Origin: Planctomycetota bacterium
GTDB lineage: Bacteria > Planctomycetota > JAJSAM01 > JAJVHW01
Length of the DNA: 64,000 nucleotides
Assembly (NCBI GenBank): GCA_965248445.1
Contig: CBDFJG010000004.1
Location: 160,001-224,000 of the forward strand
Reading direction: 5' to 3'
Position numbers and translations under genes: made by a program. Of this stretch, positions 53,616 through 64,000 are shown one piece after another. The notes under the pieces are model-generated. The model did not search any database and was not told the DNA's origin. It worked only from the letters and a program-made list of their open reading frames with translations. The stretch's first letter is position 1; each line of letters begins with the position of its first letter.

Positions 53616-53905
53616 CCGGCATCGCGGTTTTTCTTGCCACGGCCACGCGCTGAACGTCACCCTTGCGGCGGAGGGCGAGGCGCGTTCTGCGCCTCCGACT
53701 CAGACGAATGATCATCCTCGGGACACCCTGCGACCCCACGTCCGTCGTCGTCATGACGCCGACAGACGGCTCGGGTCGCCGGCGGATTCCCGCGTTCGCG
53801 TATGCGTGGGACCGCTGCCAGGCGGCCACCCAGTCGCGGGCCCTCTAGCAAACCTGCTAGACGCCCGACGCACGCCAGCGACGCTCTCTCTGCTCCGAGG
53901 ATGAC

Positions 53906-55770
53906 ATGGCCCGTACCCCAAAATACGAACCGGCCCCCCAATCCGAACCGGCCTCCGGATCCGAACCGGCCCCGACGACCACCACCGATCCCGCACGAGT
54001 CCGGGTGAAGTCACGCGAGACGCTCGCGCGCCTGTTCCGGCGGTTCCTCCCTGTGCTCCCATGGTCACTCGGCGTGTTCGGCGTGTTGACGCTGCGCGCG
54101 ACGTTCGAGATTCTCATGCCGCTGCTGATGGGCGGAGCCCTCGACAGCATCGCCCCGGCAGTCGCCGGCGCACCCCGCCGCCTGCCCGAAGAGTTCGTGT
54201 TCCTGCTCATGCTGCTGGGCGCGTGCATGGTGCTGCGCGCCGCGTGCGCGTTCTGGGCAATGGTCGCGCAACAGAGTCTCGGACAGGAGCTCGAGAACCG
54301 GTTCCGTACGGAGCTGTTCGTGAAGGTCACGCATCTTCACTTCCGCTACCACGACGCCAACCGGAGCGGGAAGACGATCGCGCGGAGCCTCCGCGACATG
54401 GAGAAGGCCAAGCGGTTCTTCCGCGAGGTCGGCTTCGGGTACGCGGAGCTATTCCTCATCGCCGTCGGATCGCTGATGGCGTCGTTCGCCGTCCACTGGA
54501 CCTACGGCCTCGCGCTGGCCACGGTGATGACGATTGCGATCTCGAGTTCCGCGAAGTTCGGGCAGGAGATCGCCCAGCGGGATCGCGTGGTCAGCGATCA
54601 CTACGACGACGTGACGACGGTCCTTCAGGAGAACGTCGCGGGCGCCCGCGTGGTACGCGCGTTCGGCCGGGAGCCGGAGGAGGTCGGGAAGTTCGGGGGC
54701 ACGCTCCGCACCATGACCACGGGCTGGCGCGGGCTGGCTCGGTACTGGACGTCCCGCATGCCCGGAGTCGGCGGCATCTACCACCTGACGTCGTCGATCG
54801 TCCTGCTGATCGGCGCGCACCGCATCTCGAACGGCGCGGGATCGTTCGGCGAGGTCGCCGGCGTTCTGTTCCTCGTGAGCCTGCTCCGCCGCCGGATGCG
54901 GATCCTCACGCGGCTGATCATCCTCGGCCAGGAAGCGGTCGCCAGCGCCACGCGCGTGTTCGAGGTGCTGGACCACGAAGAGGAGGTGACCGCGCCTGCG
55001 AGTCCGACGCCGCTGCCCGACGGGAGCGGCGAGCTGCGGATCGAGGGCGTGCACTTCGCACACCGCCAGGACGTGCCGATCCTGCGCGGCCTGGATCTCG
55101 TCGTCCCGGCCGGCACGTCCCTCGGCATCCTCGGTCCCACCGGGAGCGGCAAGAGCACCCTCGCGGCTCTGCTGCCCCGTTACTACACCCTGTCGAGGGG
55201 CGCATCCTCCTCGACGGCGTGGACATCCGCGACGTGGATCCAGCCGACCTCCGCAAGGCGGTCGGCCTGGTCTTCCAGGAGGCGTTCCTGTTCTCGGCGA
55301 CCGTGCGCGACAACATCGCGTACGGGCGGCCGGACGCGTCTCTCGAGGACGTCGTCGAGGCGGCGCGGCTCGCCGCGGCGCACGACTTCATCGAAGCACT
55401 GCCCGATGGCTATATGACGATGGTCGGAGAGCGCGGCGTGAGTCTCTCGGGCGGGCAGCGACAGCGTCTGACGATCGCGAGGGCGCTCGCCATGCATCCG
55501 CGCGTCCTTCTGTTCGACGACGCGACGGCGGCCGTGGACGCCGTGACGGAGAAGCGGCTGTTCGAGGGCATCCGGGCCGCGGCGCGCGGACGGACTGCGC
55601 TCGTCATCAGCCAGCGCGTCACGTCGGTGCGCTGGTGCGACCGAATAGCCGTCATCGAGGACGGCCGCGTCACTGCGATCGGCACGCACGGCGAGTTGCT
55701 CGAGACGAGTTCGCTGTACCGCGAGATCTCCCACCACCAGGCGCTCGTGCGCACCGGAGGTGCGTCGTGA
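53906..55770 (+). CDS. ABC exporter half-transporter (TMD+NBD), one frameshift near 55187
   Basis: GPTGSGKST, LSGGQRQR, LLFDD, ISQR. Inserting G after 55186 gives YYDPVEGRILLDG. Confidence 0.85.
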
Positions 55771-57551
55771 GTCCGCACGACGAAGTCGCCCTCGAAGAGG
55801 AGTTCGCGCGCAAGCCGCTCGAACGCAAGAACCTGCGCCGCCTGCTCGCGTACTTGAAGCCGCACATGCCGCGGCTCTACCTCGCCATGGGTCTTGAGAT
55901 CGTCTGGGTGTCCAGCATGCTCGTGGACCTGCGCCTGATGCGGCTCGCTGCCGGTGGCCCGGTCGAGGCAGGCGACGTGCCCGGCACCTGGGTGCTCGCC
56001 GGATGGATGGCCGCGAACATCGTGCTGCGCGTGTTCCTCACGATCTGGGAACTCGGCATCTCGGTGTCGACGGGCATCGAGGTCGTGCACACGATTCGCA
56101 AGGAGGTGTTCGATCACGTCCAGCGGCTGTCGATGCGGTACTTCGACCGCACGAAGCAGGGCCGCATCATCGCCCGCATTGATCGCGACGTGGAGACCCT
56201 CGAGCAACTCGTGATCTGGGCACCGATCGTGGTCGTCAGCCTGACGTTCAGCGTGATCTTCGCGATGACGATGATCGTCGCCACGAGTCCGCGCTTGCTT
56301 CTGTTCGTGCTCCCGGCGATCCCGGTGATGTGGGGTCTGACGCGGCTGTTCCAGAGACTCGGCTTCCCGCCCTACCGGCGCCAACGCGAGTCCAGCTCAC
56401 GCATCTCCGCTCATGTCGCGGAGACGATCACGGGCGTCCGGGTCGTCAAGGCGTTCGGCGCCGAGGACCGCGAGCTCGCGCGGCTCGAGGACATGCCGAC
56501 GACGTACCGCCGGGCCGTGCTCGACGGTGCGCGGGTGGCCGGCTCGTACCTTCCGGCCGTCGCTCTCACGTTCAACGCGGTGCTGATCGGCATCCTGATC
56601 GTCGGCGGCCTGCAGATCGTGGACGGAACCCTGGACGTCGCGGCGCTGCTCGAGATGGCGTTCCTGATCGGCTTCGTGCTGGGGCCGGTCGAGGGACTCG
56701 GCGGGCTGTACAACGACTCGCTCGTCGCCGGAGCGGCGGCGGAGCGGATCTTCCTGCTGCTCGACACGGAGCCGGAGGTCATGGACCGTCCGAACGCGCT
56801 GGATCCCGGCCGGCTGCGCGGGGAGGTGGAGTTCGACGGCGTGTCGTTCTCCTACGACCCGAAAGCGAACGCAGGGCGGCAGCTCCACGACGTCACATTC
56901 CGCGTGCCGGCCGGCCAGACCACGGCGCTGGTCGGTCCCACGGGCGCAGGGAAGACGTCGATCACCAACCTCGTCGCGCGCTTCTACGAGGCGCAGGAGG
57001 GGGTGGTCCGCATCGACGGACACGACGTGCGTGACCTGAAAGCGGAGGCGCTGCACCGGCAGATGGGAATTGTCCTGCAGGAGAGCTTCCTCTTCGCCGG
57101 CAGCGTGCTCGACAACCTGCGATTCGTGCGCGAGGAACTGACGGCGCAGGAGGCCGTGGACGCGTTCGCCGCGCTCGGGTGCGAGGAGATCCTGGCCCGC
57201 TTCGCCGACGGCGTCGACACGGACGTCGGCGAACGCGGAGCCAATCTCTCCGAGGGCGAGCGGCAGATCGTGTGCTTCGTGCGCGCGCTTCTCGGCGAGC
57301 CGTCGATCCTCGTCCTCGACGAGGCGACGAGTGCCGTCGACACGCGCACCGAGCGGCTCATCCTGCTGGCGCTGCACAGGCTGGCGGAACGGCAGACGAC
57401 CTTCGTCATCGCCCACCGTCTGTCCACGATCCGGGATGCCGACCGCATCCTGGTCGTGCAAGAGGGCCGCGTGGTCGAGGAAGGCCGTCACGCGGACCTT
57501 CTCGCGCTCGAGGGAGCGTACGCCGCGTTGTACGCCGAGTACGCGGCCTAG
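55767..57551 (+). CDS. ABC exporter half-transporter (TMD+NBD)
   Basis: GPTGAGKTS, LSEGERQ, LVLDEATS, IAHRL; GTGA overlap with the upstream partner. Confidence 0.92.
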   Translation: MSPHDEVALEEEFARKPLERKNLRRLLAYLKPHMPRLYLAMGLEIVWVSSMLVDLRLMRLAAGGPVEAGDVPGTWVLAGWMAANIVLRVFLTIWELGISVSTGIEVVHTIRKEVFDHVQRLSMRYFDRTKQGRIIARIDRDVETLEQLVIWAPIVVVSLTFSVIFAMTMIVATSPRLLLFVLPAIPVMWGLTRLFQRLGFPPYRRQRESSSRISAHVAETITGVRVVKAFGAEDRELARLEDMPTTYRRAVLDGARVAGSYLPAVALTFNAVLIGILIVGGLQIVDGTLDVAALLEMAFLIGFVLGPVEGLGGLYNDSLVAGAAAERIFLLLDTEPEVMDRPNALDPGRLRGEVEFDGVSFSYDPKANAGRQLHDVTFRVPAGQTTALVGPTGAGKTSITNLVARFYEAQEGVVRIDGHDVRDLKAEALHRQMGIVLQESFLFAGSVLDNLRFVREELTAQEAVDAFAALGCEEILARFADGVDTDVGERGANLSEGERQIVCFVRALLGEPSILVLDEATSAVDTRTERLILLALHRLAERQTTFVIAHRLSTIRDADRILVVQEGRVVEEGRHADLLALEGAYAALYAEYAA

Positions 57552-57712
57552 CAGCGAGTGGGCCGGCGGCCTACGCAGTCGGGTGCGCGCACTCTCCGGC
57601 GGACGAACCTACCCACGCCCCATACCGGACCCGGCCGCCGGTGCAGCGCGCCCGGCAGGAACATCGATCGTTGCGCCGATCCGTGCCTTCCTCAGATAGG
57701 CTCCCGGCAGAC

Positions 57713-59059
57713 ATGCAGGACGCGCGCGCGACCCATCTGCACCAGGCCGTCGTCCTGCTCGCAGTCGTCACCGCGGCGGCGCTCACTCTCCCGTTCCTGC
57801 CCACCCGGTCACTTGGCACGGACGAGATCAACAGCCTGTACATGGCCGGCCACTTCGATGCGGCCCTGGCCGACTCGAACATGCTTCTCTACTACGGCGG
57901 CCTCCGCATCTGGAGTGTGATCGGCACCGGTGAGTTCGCGCTGCTGACGATCCCCGTCGTCTTCTCGGTAGCTCGGCGCCTGCACGGTGCGCCGGCCGCG
58001 GCGTTCGCAGCGGTGCTGCTCGCGACGAACGTGTTCTTCCTGCGCTACGCGCAGGAGGTCCGGAGCTACAGCCTGTTTCTGCTACTGGCGTCATTCTCCG
58101 TGCTGCTGCTGCTCCGGGCTCTGGACAGCCCCACTCCCCGCAAGTGGTGTGCGCTCGGCGTCGTCACGGCCGCGGCCGTGTACGCGCACTTCTTCGCGAT
58201 CCTGCTGATACCGGTGCACGCGCTGATCACGATGCTCAGCCCGTCCACGGCTGCGCGAGGCAGGTCGATCGCGATCGGAGTCGCGGTGACGGCAGCACTC
58301 GTCGCCCCGATCGCGTTCCTGACTCCGCTGGGCGCCGAGCAGATCGCATGGATTCAGCCGCCGTCGCCGACGGAGCTGATCGGTGTGCCCCGCCGTCTCG
58401 CGGGAGGTCGCGTCTTGCTGGTCCTCATGGCGTCGCTCGCGGCTTGGGGAGGGTTTTGCGCCGCGCGCCACGAGCGCACCGCGATGCGCGGGGTGCTCGC
58501 GTGCGCTGCGTGGTTCGCGGTGCCGATCCTTGTCGCGTTCGCGTTCTCCCGCCTCTTCAATCCGGTGTTCTCCGACCGCTATCTCATCCTGAGCCTGCCC
58601 GCGATGGTGATCCTGGCCGCCGCCGGAGTCGCGCGCTTGCCCGGGGCACCGCTGCGCGGCGTCGCGCTGCTCGCACTGGTTGCCGGGTCCGCCTGGTCGA
58701 TCGACGACGCGTACCCGGAGCCGGAGGACTGGCGGGGCGCAACGAGTCTTCTGCTCGCGGAGGCACAACAGGGTGACGCCGTGGTGTTCGCTGCGGGGCG
58801 CGGAGTCCGTCAGCTCGACTATCACATGCAGCGTCACGATCCGGAGCGCGGTGACGGCCCCGGGATCATTGCGAGTGGACCGCTACCGTCGGCTCCGCGC
58901 GTCTGGTTCGTCGTCCCCGAGGTCGGTGTGCACGCCCCCCCGAACGCGGCTGCGACCGCAGCCATGCGGGAGCGGCTGGCGGCGACCCGCGCGCGATCCG
59001 CGATCCATCGCGTCGCCGGCGTGACCCTCGAGGTGTACGGGGCGCTCGACGAGCGCTGA
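57713..59059 (+). CDS. GT-C (GT39/ArnT-like) membrane glycosyltransferase
   Basis: SLGTDE, LYY, YAQEVRSYSL, YAHFFA, RYL, EDWRGA; many TM segments. Confidence 0.8.
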   Translation: MQDARATHLHQAVVLLAVVTAAALTLPFLPTRSLGTDEINSLYMAGHFDAALADSNMLLYYGGLRIWSVIGTGEFALLTIPVVFSVARRLHGAPAAAFAAVLLATNVFFLRYAQEVRSYSLFLLLASFSVLLLLRALDSPTPRKWCALGVVTAAAVYAHFFAILLIPVHALITMLSPSTAARGRSIAIGVAVTAALVAPIAFLTPLGAEQIAWIQPPSPTELIGVPRRLAGGRVLLVLMASLAAWGGFCAARHERTAMRGVLACAAWFAVPILVAFAFSRLFNPVFSDRYLILSLPAMVILAAAGVARLPGAPLRGVALLALVAGSAWSIDDAYPEPEDWRGATSLLLAEAQQGDAVVFAAGRGVRQLDYHMQRHDPERGDGPGIIASGPLPSAPRVWFVVPEVGVHAPPNAAATAAMRERLAATRARSAIHRVAGVTLEVYGALDER

Positions 59060-59095
59060 CCGCTGACGCGCCTTGGCGTCAGTCGGCCAGTGACG

Positions 59096-60067
59096 TCAAT
59101 CGATCTGTCCCAGGTACCACTTCTTGAACCGTTCGAGCCCGACTGCAAGCGATGTCGTCGGCTCGTAGTTCAGTGCCGCGCGCGGCAGGGTCACGTCCGC
59201 GCAGGTGAGCGGCACGTCACCGGGCTGGTCCGGCATGCGATCGAGGACCGCGTCGACGCCCCACAGGTTCTCCAGCGCCCTCACGAGCCCATCGAGGGAG
59301 ACCGTCTCGCTGTTGCCGAGGTTGTAGACGCTGTACCCGCTGCCGGGGCAGCACTCGACCGCGCGGACCACGCCGTGCACGATGTCGTCGATGTACGTGT
59401 GGTCGCGGCGCATGGACCCGTCGCCGTAGAACGGGAGCGGTTCGCCGGCGAGCATCAGCTTCGTGAACTTGTGAATGGCCATGTCCGGCCTCTGCCGGGG
59501 ACCATACGCGTTGAAGAATCGCAGTGACGTCACGTCCATGCCGAACAGGCGCGCGTACATGCGGCCGATCGCCTCGGCGCACTGCTTCGTCGCAGCGTAC
59601 GGCGAGAGTGCCGGTGCTGGCGGATCGGATTCGCGGAACGGCGGATCGCTGCGCGCGCCATAGACGGACGACGACGACGCCTGCACGAAGGCGCGCACGC
59701 CTGCCGTGCGCGCGCTCTCGAGCAGGACCGTCGTGCCGCGCACGTTCACGTCCACGTACTCGGCGGGAGCAGCGATCGACGGGCGCACGCCGGCCTTCGC
59801 AGCCAGGTGCACGACATCGACGACGCCGTGCTCCGCGAGCAGGCGCCGCACGAGCTCGGCGTCGCGGATGTCGCCTTCCACGAACGTGAAGCCCGCGTGT
59901 TCTCCGAGTGCGCCGACGTTGCGCCGTTTGATCGCGACGTCGTAGTAGGGATCAAGATCGTCGAGACCGACGACGGCACGCCCGCCGCGAAGCAAGCGCT
60001 CGCTCACATGCGAGCCGATGAAGCCCGCCGCACCTGTCACGAGCACCGCGCCGACGTCGTCCGCCAT
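59096..60067 (-). CDS. NAD-dependent epimerase, UDP-glucuronate 4-epimerase-like
   Basis: TGAAGFIG, HLAAKAGVRPS, ASSSSVYG, YAATK, RPDMA, RDHTYIDDI, QPGDV. Confidence 0.9.
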   Translation of the reverse strand: MADDVGAVLVTGAAGFIGSHVSERLLRGGRAVVGLDDLDPYYDVAIKRRNVGALGEHAGFTFVEGDIRDAELVRRLLAEHGVVDVVHLAAKAGVRPSIAAPAEYVDVNVRGTTVLLESARTAGVRAFVQASSSSVYGARSDPPFRESDPPAPALSPYAATKQCAEAIGRMYARLFGMDVTSLRFFNAYGPRQRPDMAIHKFTKLMLAGEPLPFYGDGSMRRDHTYIDDIVHGVVRAVECCPGSGYSVYNLGNSETVSLDGLVRALENLWGVDAVLDRMPDQPGDVPLTCADVTLPRAALNYEPTTSLAVGLERFKKWYLGQID

Positions 60068-60129
60068 GGCGGCGGTTCTACTCGACGCGTGCCTCGTGAA
60101 CCCGGTCTTGCGGGGGCGCGCCGGCCCGG

Positions 60130-61389
60130 TCACCCATCGCCGCGCTGGCTCTGGTACCGGCGTGCCAGCACGATCATCAGCCCGCAGCGCACGATCAGAG
60201 CCGCGCTCAGCGCTGCAGCGGCGCCAACGGGGCCGTAGTGCGGCACCGCCCACCAGGTCCCGCCTGCGGCAATCACGAGGGCTGCCGCGGAGACCGCGGT
60301 CGTCGCCGGCAGCCGGTCGCGCAGCAGCAGGACGTAGCCCGTCACCGCGCTCGCGCCGTGTGCCAGCACACCGGGCAGCAGCGCAATCGCGACCGGGACC
60401 GCGTCGCTGTACCGGCCGTTTCTGACGAGCGGCAGCAGCCAGGCCAGGAGCCCGGCATAGACCACGAGCCCGAGCGCGCCGACGACCAGGAACTCACGCT
60501 GTAGGCGGTGGTGGCGCCGCTGCATCGTCTCGGGCCGCTGGGCCAGCCGCGGGTACGCGGCCTGCGAGTACGCCTCGGGCAGCGCGATGAGCGGCAGCGT
60601 GAGCGCCATGGCCGAGTAGAGCTGGCCGACGGCGTCGAGATCGGCTCCGCGCACTTCGGCGATGCGCAGGATGACGATCAACCGGGCCGTCTCGACGGCG
60701 AACAGCCTCATCTGCGCGCGCCCGACGTTGAACACCGGCGCGAAGAGACCCCAGCGCGGCCGAGTCGCGCCGCCGTTCTCTGGCCTTCCGAACACGAGGG
60801 CGGCGACCGCGCACAGGAACGCGGCGGCGACGCTCCACTTGACGAGTCCGTCCAGAGAGTCGTAGAACGCGCCGGCTGCGGCGGCGACAAGCATCGTGAC
60901 ACGGACCGCCGCCTCGATCGTGGCCTTGCGGCGCAGCCGGTTCGCTGCATGCAACGAGGCGAGCAGGAGCGCAATCGCGACCAGCGCAGGGACGCGCAGG
61001 GAGTACGGCCCGACGAAGCTCGCCGCGGTCAGTTCGCCGGTGATCACGCGCGAGACCGCCGGCAGCCCCCAGATGCACGCCACGACCAGTGCGGAGCAGA
61101 GCAGCGCCGCCACCAGCGCAGTTGTGAGGAGCGACGACGCCTCGTCTTTGCGCTTCGGCATCACGCGCAGCAGTCCGGTCGCCAGCCCCAGCCCGGCGAT
61201 CACGGTGGCCCAGCGGATGGTCTCGTTGAGGATCCCGAACGCGCCGAAGTCGGCGGGGTCCAATGCGATCAAGAGGGCCGGCCGCTGCAGGAGCCCGACC
61301 GCAAGGATGGCAGCCTGAGCCCCGAGCAGGGGAACCGCCGCCCGCCAGAGGCGAACGAGTTCGAAGCGAACCGGAACGTCGCTGGCCAT
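60130..61389 (-). CDS. Wzx-like oligosaccharide flippase
   Basis: About 12 TM segments, LDPADFGAF, VGQLYSA, VPHYGPVGAAAA; adjacent to epimerase and glycosyltransferases. Confidence 0.75.
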   Translation of the reverse strand: MASDVPVRFELVRLWRAAVPLLGAQAAILAVGLLQRPALLIALDPADFGAFGILNETIRWATVIAGLGLATGLLRVMPKRKDEASSLLTTALVAALLCSALVVACIWGLPAVSRVITGELTAASFVGPYSLRVPALVAIALLLASLHAANRLRRKATIEAAVRVTMLVAAAAGAFYDSLDGLVKWSVAAAFLCAVAALVFGRPENGGATRPRWGLFAPVFNVGRAQMRLFAVETARLIVILRIAEVRGADLDAVGQLYSAMALTLPLIALPEAYSQAAYPRLAQRPETMQRRHHRLQREFLVVGALGLVVYAGLLAWLLPLVRNGRYSDAVPVAIALLPGVLAHGASAVTGYVLLLRDRLPATTAVSAAALVIAAGGTWWAVPHYGPVGAAAALSAALIVRCGLMIVLARRYQSQRGDG

Positions 61390-61556
61390 CGCGTCAGCCC
61401 GCCGCGCCGGCTCCCACAGAACGCGCCGGGCGCTCGGAACCAGCCAGGCCCTCGGAACCCGGCAGCGTCGTGCACCAGACGGGTCCTGCGCGCACCGGCC
61501 CTCCTCCGAAGCCGCCGCGGCGACGCGCCCGGAGGCGGGCGCTGCAAAGCAGCGCG

Positions 61557-61634
61557 TGGTACCCCTACGGGGATTTGAACCCCGGTCTCGGCCTTGAGAG
61601 GGCCGCGTCCTAGGCCAGACTAGACGATAGGGGC
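61557..61634 (-). tRNA. tRNA-Glu (anticodon CTC)
   Basis: Acceptor stem GCCCCTA/TAGGGGT plus ACCA, anticodon arm CGGCC-CTCTCAA-GGCCG, T arm CGGGG-TTCAAAT-CCCCG. Confidence 0.96.
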
Positions 61635-61728
61635 ACCGTCAGATCGTTCGAGCCCGGCATTCTGGATGCCTGCACGAGCCGGTCAAGAAATCGGTTCTGA
61701 CGATCGCTCCCGCGAGGACGATCTGCGC

Positions 61729-62151
61729 GTGATACAGCATCAAATCGAGCTGAGCGTCGCCACCGGAGGCCGCGGCCTTCACGAGGTGACGAGCGAGGTC
61801 GCGGGGGCCGTCGCGGCCTCTGGGATCACGACCGGCATGGCCGTGGTGTTCTGCCGTCACACGTCGTGTTCGCTCGTCATTCAGGAGAATGCGGACCCGA
61901 GCGCCCGCCGCGACCTGGAACGCTGGCTGGAGCGGCTGGCCCCCGACGGCGACCCGGCGTACACACACACGGCCGAGGGCCCCGACGACATGCCGTCGCA
62001 CCTGCGCGCGGCGATCACGAAGACGTCTGAGACGATTCCGATCAGCGGCGGCCGGCTGGCACTCGGAACCTGGCAGGGTCTCTTCCTCGCCGAGCACCGG
62101 ACACGGCCGCACCGGCGGCGGCTGATCGTGCACGTCACGGGGACGGCGTAG
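61729..62151 (+). CDS. yjbQ: YjbQ (UPF0047) family protein
   Basis: HTSCSLVIQENADP, EGPDDMPSH, LGTWQGLFLAEHR. Confidence 0.92.
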   Translation: MIQHQIELSVATGGRGLHEVTSEVAGAVAASGITTGMAVVFCRHTSCSLVIQENADPSARRDLERWLERLAPDGDPAYTHTAEGPDDMPSHLRAAITKTSETIPISGGRLALGTWQGLFLAEHRTRPHRRRLIVHVTGTA

Positions 62152-63169
62152 TAGCGGCCTCCTGCGGCCACGGGAGTTTCGCGACCCGCCGACGCTTGCG
62201 CAGCAACCGCAGGATCGGCAGCCGGAACAACACCCCGCGACGTGCGCGGTCGAGCGTCTCCCCGTCGTCGATGCGGTAGTACTTCGCGGCGTAGAGCGCA
62301 GAGAGACCGTCCCGGGCGACGGGCGAGCGGTCGCGCAGACCGCGCCACGCCCATCGAACAGCGGCGGCGATCTCCGGGAGCACGTGCCGCCCCCACTGCT
62401 GACGCAGATCAATGTAGAGCTGCGTCGCAAGCAACCGCAGCGACGCAAGCACGCTCCACGGCGCGGGGTACAGGCGCCACGTCACGTATTGCAGATGCGA
62501 GTACCCCGTCGAGATCAACTCGCGCCAGTGTTCGTCGGTCTTGTCCACGTGGTGGTGAAAGACGAGATCGGGGACGTGGCGGATCGCCCAGCCCGCGCCG
62601 TACAGCCGCACCGCGAGGCCGAACTCCTCGCTCGGTCCGGTGAAAGCCTCGATGTAGCCACCGCACTCACGGAAAGCGGCAGCGCGCATCAGGCACGCGC
62701 CGCCTGCAAAACCGTCGTGGTAGCAGCTGTACGGGACCGGTCCGAGGGAGCGCGCCCAGCCCGTCGGTTCGTCGAGCTCGGCGTCGTAGATCGCCATGCT
62801 CACCATGCCCGCCCGGGGATCGGACTCGAGGCCTTCGATCAGGCGCGTGAGTGTGTCAGTGGCGCGGATCTCTCCGTCGTCGTCGAGGAACAGCCAGTAG
62901 CGACCCTCCGCCGGCTCCGTCACGCGATTCCTGCCGGGCGCTGATCCGATGTTGTCGGGCAGTTCGATCAGGTGCACGTCCGGGTAGGCGTCGCGTACGA
63001 AGGATGCCGTGTCGGCGCAACCGTTGGCGAGCACGATGATCTCCGTGCGCGTGTGATCCTGCGCGCAGACTGAGTCGAGGCAGCGGCGCAGCCAAGCGGT
63101 CCGCCCCCGCGAGAGGATCAGAACGCTGACGAGCGGAGCCTCGCCAGTCGCGCCGCCCGGCTCACTCAC
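62135..63169 (-). CDS. Glycosyltransferase family 2
   Basis: PLVSVLI, N.G.APGRN, FLDDD, GGACLMR, SEEF. Confidence 0.85.
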   Translation of the reverse strand: MSEPGGATGEAPLVSVLILSRGRTAWLRRCLDSVCAQDHTRTEIIVLANGCADTASFVRDAYPDVHLIELPDNIGSAPGRNRVTEPAEGRYWLFLDDDGEIRATDTLTRLIEGLESDPRAGMVSMAIYDAELDEPTGWARSLGPVPYSCYHDGFAGGACLMRAAAFRECGGYIEAFTGPSEEFGLAVRLYGAGWAIRHVPDLVFHHHVDKTDEHWRELISTGYSHLQYVTWRLYPAPWSVLASLRLLATQLYIDLRQQWGRHVLPEIAAAVRWAWRGLRDRSPVARDGLSALYAAKYYRIDDGETLDRARRGVLFRLPILRLLRKRRRVAKLPWPQEAATTPSP

Positions 63170-63183
63170 GCCGCCGGGCTCTC

Positions 63184-63999
63184 TCAGTCATCTGCGTCGG
63201 GCGCCGCCTCGGACGCGGCGCGCAGGCGCTCGAGCGAGACATCGCGACCGAAGATCTCCATGACGTCGAAGATCGGCGGCGAGACCGTTCCCCCGGTCAG
63301 AGCGACGCGGGCAGGCTGCCCGACGTGCTTCATCTTGAGCTCGCGCTCCTCGAGAAACGCCTGCGTCGCCGTCTCGAGCTCCGGCGCTCGGAACGGTTCG
63401 ACCGCACCGAGTTTGTCCGCCAGTTCGGCGAGATGCGCGCGTGCCTCCGCCTTCAGGAACTTGCGCGCCGCCTTCTCCTCGTACGTGACGGGTCCGCGAT
63501 CTGCGAACAGGGACAGGCCCTCCGCGACCTCGACGAACGTCTTCGCCCGTTCCTGCACGGCCACGACTGCGCGTGGCAGCCATGGTGCGTCGGCCGGTAC
63601 GCCGTGGGCGGCGAAGAACGGCTCGGAACGCTCGAGCAGCACCATCGGCGCCAACTCCCGGATGCGTCGCCCGTTCTGCCAGTCGAGCTTCTTGTGGTCG
63701 AAGATCGCCGCGCTCGGCCGGACGTCCGCGATGTCGAAGAGTGACGTCAACTCGTCGACGGTGAATTCTTCCTGGTCGCCGTGGCTCCAGCCCAGGCGAG
63801 CGAGGAAAGACAGCATCGTGTCGGGCAGGTAGCCGAGCACCTGGAACTGCAGGATCGATGACGCGCCGTGGCGCTTGGACAGCTTCTTACCGTCGGGGCC
63901 GTGCACCATCGGCAGATGCGCGAAGCGGGGCGGCTCGGCGCCGAGCAGCCGGTACAGATGCATCTGCTTCGGGGTGTTGTTCAGGTGGTCGTCGCCGCG
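63184..63999 (-). CDS. gltX: Glutamate--tRNA ligase, C-terminal part (5' end outside window)
   Basis: RGDDHLNNTPKQ, KLSKR (KMSKS-type), RLGWSHGDQE, RVALTG.TVSP. Confidence 0.95.
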   Translation of the reverse strand, partial: RGDDHLNNTPKQMHLYRLLGAEPPRFAHLPMVHGPDGKKLSKRHGASSILQFQVLGYLPDTMLSFLARLGWSHGDQEEFTVDELTSLFDIADVRPSAAIFDHKKLDWQNGRRIRELAPMVLLERSEPFFAAHGVPADAPWLPRAVVAVQERAKTFVEVAEGLSLFADRGPVTYEEKAARKFLKAEARAHLAELADKLGAVEPFRAPELETATQAFLEERELKMKHVGQPARVALTGGTVSPPIFDVMEIFGRDVSLERLRAASEAAPDADD

Positions 64000-64000
64000 G

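Noticed and set aside
53926..53977. 18-bp repeats encoding EPAPQS/EPASGS
   Set aside because: Low-complexity N-terminal tail of the ABC transporter, not an array.
61557..61634. tRNA as tRNA-Sec or as an island integration site
   Set aside because: The anticodon is CTC with a short variable loop (tRNA-Glu); I saw no integrase or duplicated 3' end in the window.

Overview
Very GC-rich bacterial chromosomal segment, probably Planctomycetota: it encodes an H-X9-DG C-terminal domain protein and a Planctomycete-style secretin-like protein. It holds about 50 CDS and one tRNA-Glu(CTC); I found no CRISPR array, rRNA, transposase or integrase. Content: a TolC/MFP/ABC/MacB-type export operon, RlmI-like methyltransferase, a sigma-54 activator with no sensor domain, MATE, cystathionine beta-synthase, many peptidases, ferredoxin/DCC1/radical SAM genes, two large secreted multidomain proteins with Lys-rich C-termini, clpB, a MoxR operon with a DUF58-transglutaminase fusion, a heterodimeric ABC exporter, a small polysaccharide cluster and partial gltX. 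The top finding is a secreted TlpA/redoxin gene (26462-27658, minus) that the ORF caller split at an in-frame TGA. The TGA sits in the first position of the redox motif (W-[TGA]-G-P-C) and is followed by a hairpin with a GGUC loop, so this is a probable unannotated selenoprotein with a bacterial SECIS. Other leads are a switch-like structured 5' leader, a candidate sigma-54 promoter at clpB, widespread leaderless-type starts and a GTAG REP-like element. Three otherwise intact genes each carry one frameshift, which suggests indel errors in the assembly. All family calls come from motif recognition by eye; no database search was run.
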